Positions 1 through 13,387 of a stretch of 64,000 nucleotides of DNA are shown here, piece by piece. This DNA comes from Octopus vulgaris (taxonomy: Eukaryota): NCBI GenBank assembly GCA_951406725.2, contig OX597814.1:33356001-33420000 (forward strand). The letters are read 5' to 3'. The notes under the pieces are model-generated. The model was given only the letters and a program-made list of their open reading frames with translations. It searched no databases and had not been told where the DNA came from. Numbering within the stretch: position 1 is the first letter of the stretch; every line of letters starts with the position of its first letter. Both the position numbers and the translations under genes were made by a program.

Positions 1-1242
1 CCCTGTTTAATGTATAATAATGTAACACCAACCTGATTCGTGTTTATCTAAGAAAATCTTTGGTATCATATCAAATCTAAATTAAATCATTTCATTTACG
101 GCTTAATGTGATCAACAAAGAACAAGTTGTGGCTGTCATTTAACTCCAGGTCAACCCTGTTTACACAGCACTACAATGAAAGGGCATTCCAGCCAACTTT
201 TAAATATCTATGTTGCTTAATGTGTATTTTTTAAGATGACAGAATGTGCCTTTTCTGTTGAGGTCTAAAGAGACAGAAACATACACGAAATTGTGTTCTG
301 TACCCACGGTCAAAAAGTTTGAAGCAAATCAATTAGTGAATTAAATTTGTCTTTCCCCTTCATTTCATATTTATAATTAGATCTGTGACGTTCTCTACAC
401 TTACGCATGTGAAAACATGCGTAGTGAGAAAACGCGTGTAACTTCACTGTTTATTTTCTTAATGTGCTATCTTTTTAGATATCGTATCATCTCGTGTTCT
501 TTCATCCTCCTAAGAAAAGACTGTCCAAAACTACAGGTACATATCTCACCTCTACTCGGAAAAATATCCATACATAGTTATAGATTTTAATCAACTGTGG
601 TTCTACTTTCACGTCTTTTGACCGGCGAAAACCTCTAGTAGCCTTAGCTAGCTTGTATTATTGATTGAAAATACGGAGCCAAGATTCTCATTGATTAAGT
701 AAGCAATAATGTTTTTCAGGTTTTTTTTTGTTTTATGGTTGTTGTGGTTTCCGTCTTGTAATGGTACGCACACTGTTAGATGTTGTTGTTGTTGTTGTTG
801 CTGACACCGCCACTGCTGCTGATGTCTTGCTGTTGTCATCGTTATTGTTCTTGCTGATTCAACCACTATTGGTCCATACAAAGAAGGTGTATGGCTTTGC
901 ATCGGTAACAATTACGTTTCGTTTTGGGAGCTCAGCTGGTATTTTTTTTCCAGTTATTTAAGTCTGGTACTTATATTCAGAAAGTGCATAAAATATTCCT
1001 GTATTATATACGCCTGAACGGATGTGATTTCAGGAATAATTTCAGGATGTAATTTTAGGCTATTTTTTTCTAACAAGTCAAGCAATCAGATAGAGTAGAA
1101 GGTGGAGAACCACTGTATATACCACAAGCCACATAACTGCAGAAATCCTGTTGGACCAGATGTAACCTGAAACCAAAACAATTTTAGGAATTCATAGCTA
1201 AATAAATTAATCACATCTTTTGTATTTACAGGTATCATTTAT

Positions 1243-1815
1243 TTACTCTTTAGTCTCTTACTCTTTTACTTGTTTCAGTCATTTGATTGCGGCCATGCTA
1301 GAGCACCGCCGTTAGTCGAGCAAATCGACCCCAGGACTTATTCTTTGTAAACATAGTACTTATTCTATCGGTCTCTTTTGCCGAATCGCCAAGTAAACAC
1401 ACCAGCACCGGTTGTCAAGCGATGTTGGGGGGACAAACACAGACACAAACACACACACACACACACGCACACACAAACAAACACGTATATATATACATAT
1501 ATAAAGCCTTTCATCCTCTCGGGGTCGATAAATTAAGTACCAGTTGCGCATTGGGGTCGATATAATCGACTTAATCCGTTTGTCTGTCCTTGTTTGTCCC
1601 CTCTGTGTTTAGTGTGGGTAGTAAAGAAATATATATACATATACATATATACGACGGGCTTCTTTCAGTTTGCGTCTACCAAATCCACTCACAAGGTTTT
1701 GGTCGGCCCGAGGCTATAGTAGAAGAAAGTTGCCCAAGGTGTCACGCAGTGGGACTGAACCCGGAACCATGTGATTGGTAAGCCAGCTACTTACTACACA
1801 GTCACTCCTGCACCT
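1243..1815 (-). mobile_element. tRNA-derived SINE family A (internal TA/CA microsatellite), with nested SINE B fragment
   Basis: Reverse complement of the recurrent consensus aggcgcaggagtggctgtgtggtaag...ggttcagtccc (A/B-box-like)...gaaacaagtaaaagag seen about 17 times in the window. Confidence 0.9.
1505..1631 (+). mobile_element. SINE family B 3' part nested in the microsatellite of SINE A
   Basis: gcctttcatcctctcggggtcgataaattaagtaccag...gtaaagaaata matches full copies such as 29930-30162. Confidence 0.85.
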
Positions 1816-2209
1816 ATTTATTTATTTATTTATTCCATAAGGGTTTTAGAGATTTTGTCAGAAGACTGTTTTGGACTGAATATCGAGAAATTTTTGCCGC
1901 TTGCAAGTATTTTATGTGGTTACAGGTTTTACATTTTGCCATTTACGAAGTGGACTGGTGAAAAAAGCAATTTGGCAACAAGCACTTTGCTTTTCGGCTG
2001 TTTCATCAATTTCTCTGAATTTATCCGATTTTCTGATTCTTGCTTTGCCCTTTTATACTCAGTCTTCTACGAGACTGCTTTATTTGACTATAATTTTATT
2101 CGTTGCTTATAAACGCTACAAATAAAACTAAATGTGTAAAAGTTGCTACCACCTGAATGTAACATAATAGTTTCAATTTTTTGGTAAAATACAAACAGTT
2201 TTAGGGGAA

Positions 2210-2380
2210 GGAATAACTCGATTACATCAACCCCCCAGTACTTCACCTGCACTTTATCGACCCGTAAGCACGAAAAGCAAAATTGACAACGGCAAGATCA
2301 GAACTCAGAAAAATATAATGAGCCGAAAAAACATCGGTAGGCATCCTTTCCGACGCTCTGGCGATTATGGCAGCTCACTT
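2210..2380 (-). mobile_element. Diverged SINE family B
   Basis: tttatcgacccgtaag...gaactcagaa...ggcagctc is the reverse complement of the family B core and head. Confidence 0.6.
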
Positions 2381-2854
2381 GAAAGATAATAGTAGAAAAC
2401 CACAATACTATAGCGAAGAATCAACAAAGACACCAACTATTTATAATCATATTAGCAAAACATCAATTTGCCTCGTCTTTATAGACGTTAAAAACCTGTC
2501 TTACATAAACTATTATATTAAATACCGAACTATTAAGTGTATGTTTACACTATTTATTTCTACATAGCATTTCTAGTAATTCCATCTCAAGTGCCAACTT
2601 TGCTAGATATATTCATGACCTCAATCTGGATTCCAATAATTTCCATTTCTAAATTAAATCTTGTAAATAATGTCCTTATCTACAGTCCTGTGGGTCGTTT
2701 CCATTTTTCTTTTTTTTTTTTTTTGCTTCGGAAATTACTATCTTTTCCTTAAAATGAATTTTGAATCTAATATAGGTTATATAGGAATTCATAAATAAGA
2801 CATCTTGTGAGCGTGAGAGAGTGAGTCAATCTAAAAATATTATCCTTTTTGCCC

Positions 2855-3035
2855 CCTTGCTTATTTCAATCACTGGATTGCGTCCGTGATAGGGCACTAG
2901 CTTGAAGCGTTTTAGCGGAACTCAGCGACCCCAGCACTTAGCTTTCTTTAAGTCTGGTACTTATTTTATCCGTCTCTTTAACCGAACAGCTAAGTTACGG
3001 GGATCTAACCAAACCAACACCAGTTATCAAGTGGG
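2855..3035 (-). mobile_element. SINE family A 3' fragment
   Basis: cgaccccagcactta...ggtacttattttatc...accgaacagctaagttacggg. Confidence 0.65.
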
Positions 3036-3085
3036 GTTCACACACACACGTATATATATATATGTTTGTGTGTGTGTGCGTGTGT

Positions 3086-3086
<1 letters not shown>

Positions 3087-3133
<47 letters not shown>
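3087..3133. repeat. (TAG)n microsatellite
   Basis: Direct sequence. Confidence 0.95.
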
Positions 3134-3135
<2 letters not shown>

Positions 3136-3400
3136 CTACTATGTCTATCTGTATGAATTTGTAGTTGCTTTTGTTCCGTATGTTGGAGAACCAATTTATG
3201 GCTTCAAATGTGTTGTACCATAATTCTAGGGTTATTCTACTTTTTAGCTTAGGGATGTATTTATCGAGTATTAGTTGGCTTAATTTACATAGGTCTGATT
3301 TATTTGGGCATATTAATCTTACTTTGGTATCGGTTAAGAAGTTGGATTTATGTGATGCGAGGTCTGGAAGGCATGAAGAGTTCAGTTTTGTCCGCTAAGT
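3125..3400 (-). pseudogene. Penelope-like element RT fragment (HK.NF...RLI.P.KS type)
   Basis: My minus-strand translation: HKSNFLTDTKVRLICPNKSDLCKLSQLILDKYIPKLKSRITLELWYNTFEAINWFSNIRNKSNYKFIQIDIVDYY. It resembles PLE RT fingers up to motif A (DIxxFY). Not in the ORF track. Confidence 0.75.
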
Positions 3401-4020
3401 TGTAGTCATTCATAACTTCCTTGGCTGCTAAGTTCATAGATCTTAAGGTGCTATCTGGTGCTAATTTATATCTTTCATAATCCCAAACTTGAATAGTCAT
3501 CTACATAAGTTTAATTAGCTGGAAACCACCTTAAACACTTACACATAAATAGTCACCCTGCAAACCCACCCGCCCTCCACACTGCATAATAATTTACTTT
3601 GCACCTACATAGGGCCCCTTCTAGTACTAAGAACTTCCTAAACTCTAGTAATAATAAAATTCTTAGCCATAATAGAATTTTAAACCACACTACCTAGTCC
3701 AATATTCGTATGAGTTAGATCCCTTCTCACCCTAAGTTAGTGTTACCCCCCTTAACTTACACCACCGGTGACTAAAAACGAATTTAATACCCACGTGCAA
3801 TAAAATGCGCTTAGTCAAACTGGAAACCCACACCTAAATAATATTCTCCCTGCTCTAATTGCCCAACGAAAATAACAAGTCTGTTGCAATGAAACCTCTC
3901 CCCAGCAAAATTACCTGCACAAGAACAAAATTTAATGTAAGACTTACTATCTTTCCTTCTATTAACATCACATATGTATCAATTGTTTTCGCATCCTAAC
4001 CGATGTAACTATCTATTTTC

Positions 4021-4071
4021 GCATTCTGAAGAGATTTACTAAAACTAGTAAATCGAAACGATCGTAAATGC
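4021..4071 (+). ncRNA. Minimal type-I hammerhead ribozyme, intact core
   Basis: gcatt CTGAAGA gatttacta-aaac-tagtaaatc GAAA cgatcg TA aatgc: 5-bp stem I, 9-bp stem II, palindromic stem III, GUA triplet. Confidence 0.9.
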
Positions 4072-4224
4072 TTCATCTTTGCTTCCTTCTTTGTTTTCTA
4101 ATTAAATTAAAGGCATACTAGAGAAAACGACGAGTCTCCCCTTGTTATTACATCCATTTTCTTCTCATATATATATATATATATACCAAGTCTGAGTTTA
4201 TTTGAATTACTACCTCACTCTTTC

Positions 4225-4262
<38 letters not shown>

Positions 4263-4269
<7 letters not shown>

Positions 4270-4967
4270 TTAACATAGGATGAAATTTTTTCGAAAAAAT
4301 ATTTTATCAATGACCAGCATATTAAAAAATACCTCTAAAGGTATTATCGTCAGTGATAAATGTGGCAAAGAAATAAATGAGATACTTACTCATACCCATG
4401 GAAGAAGCAAACACTAAGTCATGAGCACAACTAAGTACCCCAAATACATCCAAAATAGAAATCCTTTTTCGTTTGCCATCATTTATAAGTTCTTTATGAT
4501 TTTAACCTTTAAAGGTATTTTTTAATATGCTGGCCATTGATAAAAATTTTTTTCGAAAAAATTCTATCCTACATTAAATATAAATTTAATGTTGTTCACT
4601 TCCGGACTCTCTCACTCTGTGAGAGCCTCAGTTCAAATCACACGTTTCTCAAATGTGCTGGAGAATTTCTATTTTGGATGTATTTGGGGTACTTAGTTGT
4701 GCTCATGTCTTAGTGTTTGCTTCTTCCATGGGTATGGGTAAGTATCTCATTTATTTCTTTGCCACATTTATCACTGACGAAGGGAGGGTTCTTACGAACT
4801 AACCCTGTAATCGGTCCGATATCGTAATAATGGAATTTTTTAGAAATTTCGTTCGACCTTTTTTGAGTAGCGTGCGTATTGTGAAAAAATTATAATGGTT
4901 ATGGACAATATGTCTAATTTCGGCATATTTGGCATTAGAAATTTTTTCGTTTGCCCTCATTTACAAG

Positions 4968-4969
<2 letters not shown>
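4263..4969 (+). mobile_element. Non-coding PLE/retrozyme-like insert with double inversion, flanked by (TA)n
   Basis: 4263-4345 is inverted to 4501-4585 and 4346-4462 is inverted to 4665-4780; terminal redundancy 4465-4491 vs 4943-4969; degenerate HHR inside. Confidence 0.75.
4768..4832 (+). ncRNA. Degenerate hammerhead motif
   Basis: ttatca CTGACGA agggagggtt...aactaaccct GTAA tcgg TC cgatat; GAAA is changed to GTAA and stem I is imperfect. Confidence 0.55.
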
Positions 4970-5033
<64 letters not shown>

Positions 5034-6060
5034 ATGTATCTGAATATATGTGCGTATGTATAGTCACATATACTCTAAATTTGAGACAATTCATATAATT
5101 ATAATATTTATGGATATTGTTGCAAATATACATACATACCCTCATATTATAGCAGAGTTAGATGAACGTTTACTGCAATGAATGTGTAAAACAAAACGAA
5201 AAGGTTGAATAAAATCGAATCACGAAAATCTTTTCATCAGATATTTTTTGCATAAAAATTACAATCACAAACGTCCGCTATAAACTTAACAAGAGTAAAA
5301 CCTTATTCTTGACATACAAAATAACTGAAACGAAAACACCTGTAACACTTCCTATATCAACGTTTAAAAATACAGTGACCAGGAAGCGAATTATTATAGA
5401 AGGGAGGTAAAAAAGAGAATATTTTAAGAAATACTGATGAAAAGAGAAAATAAGAGTTATAGGATGTAAAAGCTACAATACAATAAACGATAGGGAGTTT
5501 AAAGAATATAACATGTTAACAAAATGCTAAGAAGACAAGATATGCCATTCATAATACAAGCGTGAAATAACTTGCTTTAGGGTGAGCGTAATATGAATAA
5601 TTAAAAATACGAACTTTAAGGCTCTAAATTAATGACAAGTATTTTCTATGACTTCAGTACAGATACAAATTACAGAATTTCACGCAACTGTAATAGTGAA
5701 TAGAAAACACATAACAGGAAGTTACCAGAGTAATTATTAGTAGCCTGAAAGTATTTCAAAAGACAGATTTTTCTCTTCTAGCTTATAACTAGAGAAGCCT
5801 CACAGATGAAAGCGCCGGGCGAAATAACATATTTAAATTAAAATTAGACACGATGTACCTCCCAAACTATCTCATATGTCCTTTGAAAAAAATAAACATA
5901 CTAGAAAAAGAAATATCAAAGAAAAAAATGCAAGTATTTGAAATGACTTTATCAAATAATTGGACATGGTTAGGGTATATTTGTTTATTAATGTATTCTG
6001 AAAATTGCCTTAAGTTTCACATTAATTTATCAAACGTAGACTGCAAGCCAAATCAATATT

Positions 6061-6520
<460 letters not shown>

Positions 6521-6527
6521 AAATATG

Positions 6528-6758
6528 TTTCTTTATTACCCACAAGGGGCTAAACATAGAAGGAACAAACAAGGACAGAGAAACGGATTAAGTCGATTAC
6601 ATCGACCCCAGTGCGTAACTGGTACTTAATTTATCGACCCCGAAAGGATGAAAGGCAAAGTCCACCTCGGCGGAATTTGAACTCAGAACGTAACGGCAGA
6701 CGAAATACGGCTACGCATTTCGCCCGGCGTGCTAACGGTTCTGCCAGCTCGCCGCCTT
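6528..6758 (-). mobile_element. SINE family B, full length
   Basis: Reverse complement of ggcggcgagctggcaga...gagttcaaattcc...gcctttcatcctttcggggtcgataaa...aaagaaa. Confidence 0.9.
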
Positions 6759-6776
6759 TACACACACACACACTCT

Positions 6777-6855
<79 letters not shown>

Positions 6856-6858
<3 letters not shown>

Positions 6859-7007
6859 GGTCCCGGGTTGATTCGGGGTTAACCACAGTAAGTAAGGTAC
6901 TCAATACATAGCAGAGTAAAATTAATTTATTATATAGAAGGAGCTTCTACAGGACTAGTACCTTCTACAGGTACTAGTCCTGTAGAAGCTCCTTCTATAT
7001 AATAAAT

Positions 7008-7009
<2 letters not shown>
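6856..7009. mobile_element. Fold-back mini-insert in (TA)n (same family as 15606-15782)
   Basis: 67-bp overhang, then 41-bp inverted arms 6923-6963 / 6969-7009. Confidence 0.85.
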
Positions 7010-7040
<31 letters not shown>

Positions 7041-7041
<1 letters not shown>

Positions 7042-7203
7042 GGCACAGGCGTGACTGTGTGGTAAGAAGCTTCCTTACCAACCACATGGTTCCGGGTTCA
7101 GTCCCACTGCGTGGTACCTTGGCAGGTGTCTTCTATTATAGCCTCGGGCCGACCAAAGCCTAGTGAGTGGATTTGGTAGACAGAGACTGAAAGAAGCCCG
7201 TAG

Positions 7204-7249
<46 letters not shown>

Positions 7250-7292
7250 AGCAGTATATGTATATGCGTAAATGTATATATCTATCTATCTA

Positions 7293-7389
<97 letters not shown>

Positions 7390-7629
7390 GGGAGATAAGT
7401 ACAAAAATAAGCGAAAATGCACATTGGAAATCAAGAAGAATAAAACTTTTTATGAAATATAGCGATAGATATATACAATTAGATGAACCAAGGTAGGAAT
7501 AAAAGTAATAAAAATCATTATTCTGAATTGTTAAAGATATTTAAAAGCATACACACACATATATATAACATGCGGTCCGTATGCGAGTCGCATACGTACG
7601 CGTCTGCCCCTGATATATATTTTTATTTA

Positions 7630-7668
<39 letters not shown>

Positions 7669-8325
7669 TATATGAAATCCCTTCTGTATGTCTTCTCGGA
7701 TCTCGGGCATCCTCCATCCGATTGCACTCAAATTTGATATGCAGATACCGACGGTATCAGGGCGTGTATAAGTCTTCAAAAAATTATAAAGATCGATTCC
7801 AGGTGAGAATGCGCTCGATAAAGCCGTTTTTGCGCTGCTTTACTTCCGCCAACCTGTACATAACTGCACTTTACATTTTTTTTATTTTTGTACTGCTTAA
7901 AGGCACGTTCCTTTCCTGCCAAGCTTACTGTTTAAACCATGTTTGTGTTCTCCCAGTCAACATCATTACTGGTACTTTACACTCTTCGGTTACACATTTG
8001 TGTTATTAAAATCGTTTTCCTTTGGAATAGAAAAAAGTCTATCTTTATTTCGCTTTTTGCTGATGTCTCAAATTTAGGTTAAATCAGTGTTTCTCAAAAA
8101 GTAGGCCCATGGGACGGTCGGACCAGTTGTTTTGAGAAAATTTGGTTTAAATGTTTGACAACTCAGCACTGTCCATTGGACGGGGGGGGCGTTTTGCTCG
8201 TATATATATATATATATATACATGTGTGTGTGTATGTATGTGTATCTGTGTGTCTGTGTTTGTGCCCCACTATTGCTTGAAAACCGATGTTGGTGTGCTT
8301 ACGTCCCCGTAACTTGGCAGTTCGA
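7041..8325 (+). mobile_element. SINE family A split by insertions (head 7041-7200, tail 8240-8325)
   Basis: Head and tail match the consensus and are separated by expanded (TA)n carrying two inserts. Confidence 0.75.
7666..8200 (+). mobile_element. Probable non-autonomous Helitron
   Basis: Starts TC after A; ccgattgcactcaaatttg resembles ccgattctgatgaaacttg of the clear Helitron at 55589; 3' end is only CTCG preceded by a small hairpin. Confidence 0.45.
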
Positions 8326-8414
8326 ATAAGAGAATATATGCACACATATACTCATACATTGTTGTTTCAAACTTCACTTTTCAGCATTAATAAAGTTTTG
8401 GGTTGGTATCCACT

Positions 8415-9645
8415 GCATTAACGGGTGTGTTCGATCGTCTGACCAAACTTGTCCTCTCACGCAACTGCTTCTCGTTCGCGGGGGATTTCTACCAGCAGCT
8501 CTCAGCAGTGGCCATGGGAACGAGAATGGGCCCCAATTATGCGAACCTTTTCGTTGGGTACATTGAGGCCCAAATATTCTCAAGTTTCACTGGTCCCATT
8601 CCCGAACTATACGGCCGTTATATTGACGGCTGTATCAGTGCGACATCACTCTCCCGCGAACATCTAGACTCCTTCCTCTCTTTTGTCAAATGTTTCTATC
8701 TTGCCCTCCACTTCTCCTGCACTATCCCTGACACGTCTGTCTCCTTTGTTGTCATTTCGATCAGCATTCATCACTCCACTCTCACTACCTCCATCCACTA
8801 CTAACAGACTCACACTCATACCTCAACTTCTCCCCCTCCCACCCTAAACACACCAAGATTTCCATCCACTACGCAGGCTCTGTAGTGACGACCATGAATT
8901 TGAGACTCAGACTCAACTCATGTCTCGGCACTTCATCCTACGTGGATATCCCCTCACCACTATCCACACCACCCTTGCCAGAGCACATTTCGTGGACCGT
9001 GCATCTGCTCTCTCCCCACAAACGTATCCCGCTTCCCATTTCCCCTCACCTACCACCCCACCACCCCTACCTCTCCAACGCACCATTCTCCGAGCCTTCC
9101 GGCGACTCCAATCTGACTCCTCCACTTCGCGCATCTTCCCTAACCGACCACTACCCTCCTTCAAACGAGCCCACAACCTACGAGATCTCTTGGTCCTCAG
9201 CTTCTTCTCTAACCCAATCTCCCGACCCGGCTCGTTCCCCTGTTCCCACCCACGTTGCCGCACTTGACCTTACCTCTCCAGCACCGCCCTCCTCACGGGC
9301 ACCCATCATTGACCCTATTACATCACCGACTCCTTCACCTGCGCTTCTACCAATATTATCTACTGCATCTCCTGCTCTCTCTCTGCCCTTCTCTATACAT
9401 CGGTCAAACGGGACGCCGTTGGCTGACAGGTAGTGGAACACCTTCGAGACATCCGACTCAGCAATTACACCCCAGCCTGGCGCCATTTCCACTCTACCGG
9501 TCACTCTTTGCAACACCTGTCCGTGTTCGGATTGTCCTTGCACAGGGGCCATCCGGACTCCCCTTTGCGCCGTGAACAGGGATTAATCTTCTCTCTTCGC
9601 TCCATTGTGACACATTGGCTCAACTCTCCTCCCCTCTTCATCTAA
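8415..9645 (+). pseudogene. Penelope-like element (Neptune/Poseidon type) RT thumb plus GIY-YIG endonuclease, frameshifted
   Basis: AMGTRMGPNYANLF, YGRYIDG (YxDD decayed), linker PCSHPRCRT, NIIYCISC...LYIGQTGRRL, EHLRDI...HF...GH..., REQGLI...LN. Confidence 0.92.
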
Positions 9646-10082
9646 CCTCCCCCACTCGCCTCTCTCCCCCTCACAGCTACTTCCTCCCACACACCTCCCC
9701 TCTCTTGCTCCGACTCTTACTTCTCTTCACACCCACTCTCCTTCTCTCTTCTCTTCACTCCTAACCACCTTCTTCTTCCGCCTTCATCGTCACTCGTCCC
9801 TCTTAAGCCCACCTCACCACTACACATTCAAACCCCACCTTCCCTATCATTCCCAGACCACCCCGCCCCACTCACTCCCACATACCCAACCTCTGCCTAC
9901 CGAAATACCCCCACCTCTACCCCCACCCTCATAAATGTATCATAGACACCTGATCCTACGTTTTAAGTTTCAAATTTAGGTAACGGAGTTTCTTCTATAA
10001 AAAGAATCATGTTTTTATTTCTTTAAGAAATATTGTTTAATGCTATTCGATTATTTATTTAACTATAATTGTTATTATTGTT

Positions 10083-10183
10083 GACCTGAGGAGTGACTAT
10101 ACTTTTAATTGAATTGTTTTTCGATTAAATTTTAATTTAATTGCAATTCGAATTAAAGTTATAGCCACGAAACTTGTGTAGTC
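10083..10183 (+). ncRNA. Type-I hammerhead with very long (76 nt) stem II
   Basis: gac CTGAGGA gtgactatacttttaattgaattg...caattcgaattaaagttatagccac GAAA cttgtg TA gtc. Confidence 0.75.
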
Positions 10184-10329
10184 CTTTTACTTATTATATA
10201 TTGTTTATTCATTATATGTTTTATAATATCTTTTATTTTTTCTATATGATATGGTTTATGTCTATCATTGTTTGAATTACATAGTAGTGGTTTTTCTCTA
10301 ATTTATACATACATATATTATATACATAT

Positions 10330-12370
10330 TGCGCCCCACCTCTCCCTCTTTTTTTGTCCTTATACAGAAACACACACACATACTCACGTTTCCACGAACA
10401 CACCTACTTCCAACACACCACACACATACAACCTACATGCACATGTACGCACACATACTTCCACACCTATACACAAACCCAACCACCCCACGCGCACACA
10501 CACATGCCCGTGCAAACACACCAACAAACAATACTCATACAGATACGCACTCTCTTATAAACACCTAGCAGAGACACACACACACATACACGCACGTAAG
10601 CGCACACACGCACGTAAGCGCACACACGCACACAAGCACGCGCATGTACATTACGCCCACACAACTCCAGAAGAAACCCCACGCACACAAGCACACATTC
10701 ACACACACACACATACATACGTACACACACATACATACATACATTCATACATACATACATACATACACACACACAAACATACACATACACACATACACAC
10801 ATACATACATACATACATACACACATACATACACACATACATACATACACACACACATACACACATACACACATACATACATACACACACACATACACAT
10901 ATACATACATACACACATACACACACACATACACACATACACACATACATACATACACACACATACACACATACATACATACATACATACATACACATGT
11001 GCACACACATACACACATACACGCATGCACACATACATACATACACATACAAACACGCATGCACACATACATACATACACACACACACACATACATACAT
11101 ACATACATACATACACACACACAATTACACACATACACACATAAACACACATACATACATACACACATACATACACACACACATACACACACATACACAC
11201 ACACACACACATACATACATACATACATACATACATACACACATACACACTCACACATGCATACACATACACACACATACATACATACACACACACACAT
11301 ACACACACACATACACACATACACACATACACACACACACATACATACATACATACATACATACATACATACATACATACATACATACATACATACATAC
11401 ATACATACATACATGCATATGGGGTTGGCTGTATTGCAGGCGTGCGTCAGTGTGTGTATGCGTGTGCCTGTGGATTCACATACACCCACACCAATTTTTT
11501 TCCATCAATCTTTCAATTATAAAGTGTGTGCTTGCATACATACATATACTCACATATAAACATATAAACACACATATAAACCCCTACATTTGTACACACA
11601 CGCACATATATACATACATTCACTCGCACGCACGTACACACACACGCACACACACATACACACGTACAAACACACACAAATTCACATACACACCGACACA
11701 TATACATACACACACTATATACCTACACGCGCACGCACACATACACATACGTACACACATATAAGCACAGACACACACACACATACGCACACAAAAACAT
11801 GCGCACACACACACAATTACATATATATACAATACACGCACACACACATACACACGTACAAACACACACAACTTCATATACACACCGACACATATACATA
11901 CACACAATATATACCTACACGCGCACGCACACATACACATACGTACACACATCTAAACACAGACACATACACACATACGGACACAAAAACATACGCACAC
12001 ATACGCACGCACACACGCAAAACTTACAACCCCACGGATACACGCACATACATCCATATACGCTTACACACACACACATACAAACGCACACATACACGCA
12101 CACACAACTACACATACATACACACACACACAAATGAACCCACACATACATTCCATACACACGGCACACAACTATACATACACGCACACAATTATACATA
12201 CATATATATACACACACACGCACGTATAAGCACACACGCACACATACACAGTTACTCGCCACACACCCAAACTCTACGCATACACACGCGAATACACACA
12301 TACACACACACACTACAAACAAAACACACATACGATGCATATACATACACGCACGCACACATCCACACAC
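10330..12370. repeat. 2-kb complex (CA)/(TACA) low-complexity tract with an internal duplication of about 192-bp period
   Basis: Direct sequence; cacgtacaaacacacac...cacaccgacaca recurs at 11661 and 11853. Confidence 0.9.
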
Positions 12371-12637
12371 TTTCTTTACCAAACTCTCCTGTCTTTAAAA
12401 AACATTATTCTTCTACCTTACTACTTCCGTCTTTCAATATGTGACCTCGTGAGTACCACTGGCGATTTTTTTTCCTCTGTCTTCCCTTCTCGGGATCTTT
12501 CCTTCTCCTATGTTTCCGACGAAGAGCTCCGCTCGAAACGTTAAACCCTCCTTCTTCCCTTCTTTCCTGAGCGTCCAATAATACTTTATTTGTTCCACGT
12601 CCTTGCGTTGATGTGTTTTTTGTTTTCTTGTTTGGAT

Positions 12638-12641
<4 letters not shown>
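12370..12641 (+). mobile_element. PLE pseudo-LTR-like 3' end abutting (TA)n
   Basis: Pyrimidine-rich segment with a minimal HHR, ending at (TA)n. Confidence 0.6.
12512..12546 (+). ncRNA. Minimal hammerhead variant (CCGACGA core)
   Basis: gttt CCGACGA agagc-tcc-gctc GAAA cg TT aaac; palindromic aacgtt stem III; U4 to C change. Confidence 0.65.
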
Positions 12642-12686
<45 letters not shown>

Positions 12687-12828
12687 GGAACAAAAACGCA
12701 ATAGAGGACATTAAAACATTCGGACAGAATGATGATACAAAAGCGGACAAGAGAAAAAGCAATTAGTAGGACGGTACAAGTCCTTGCCTTGTACGTAAAC
12801 TAAAAACAATTATTATTATAATTCCTTG

Positions 12829-13136
12829 GAGGCGGCGAGCTGGCAGAAACGTTAGCACGCCGGGCGAAATGAATGCTTAGCGGTATTTCGTCTGCCGGTA
12901 TGTTCTGTGTTCAAATTCCGCCGATGTCGACTTCGCATTCCATCCTTTCGGGGTCGATAAATTAAGTACCAGTTACACACTGGGGTCGACGTAATCGACT
13001 TAATTCCTTTATCTGTCATTGTTTATCCCCTCTATGTTTAGCCCCGTGTGGGTAATAAAGAAATAAGAATCGTGTGCCAGGAAAATTGCTTAACGGTATT
13101 TTGTCCGTCTTAAATATGTTCTGAGTTCAAATTCCA
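12829..13136 (+). mobile_element. SINE family B full copy plus adjacent partial head
   Basis: Consensus match. Confidence 0.88.
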
Positions 13137-13387
13137 CTTCTGTGTGTGTGTGTCCATTACGGAGGTATTTTTTTTACTGACAAATTCTCGATATTCTAAG
13201 TCAGATATTTTGTGTGTGTATGTGTCTTTGGTCACTAAGTGTTAATTCCTATTTGCTGCTACCTAGAAGTAGTCAAAGGAAATTATTCCTATTCACTTCA
13301 AACTTTGCTTTTGTAATCTGGACATCAATGTTTTAAAACTGACATAGTTTCTGTTACATTTCAGCGCTGTGTTACTAGAGCAGATTT

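Noticed and set aside
648-961. Poly-Q/poly-V ORFs
   Set aside because: Driven by a short (GTT)n repeat; no recognisable domain
7579-7597. Palindrome cgtatgcgagtcgcatacg
   Set aside because: Real hairpin, but I cannot tie it to a defined element or function
10268-12444. Long His/Thr-rich ORFs (498 aa, 284 aa) and antisense Cys/Val ORFs
   Set aside because: Translations of a CA/TACA tract that lacks stop codons in most frames
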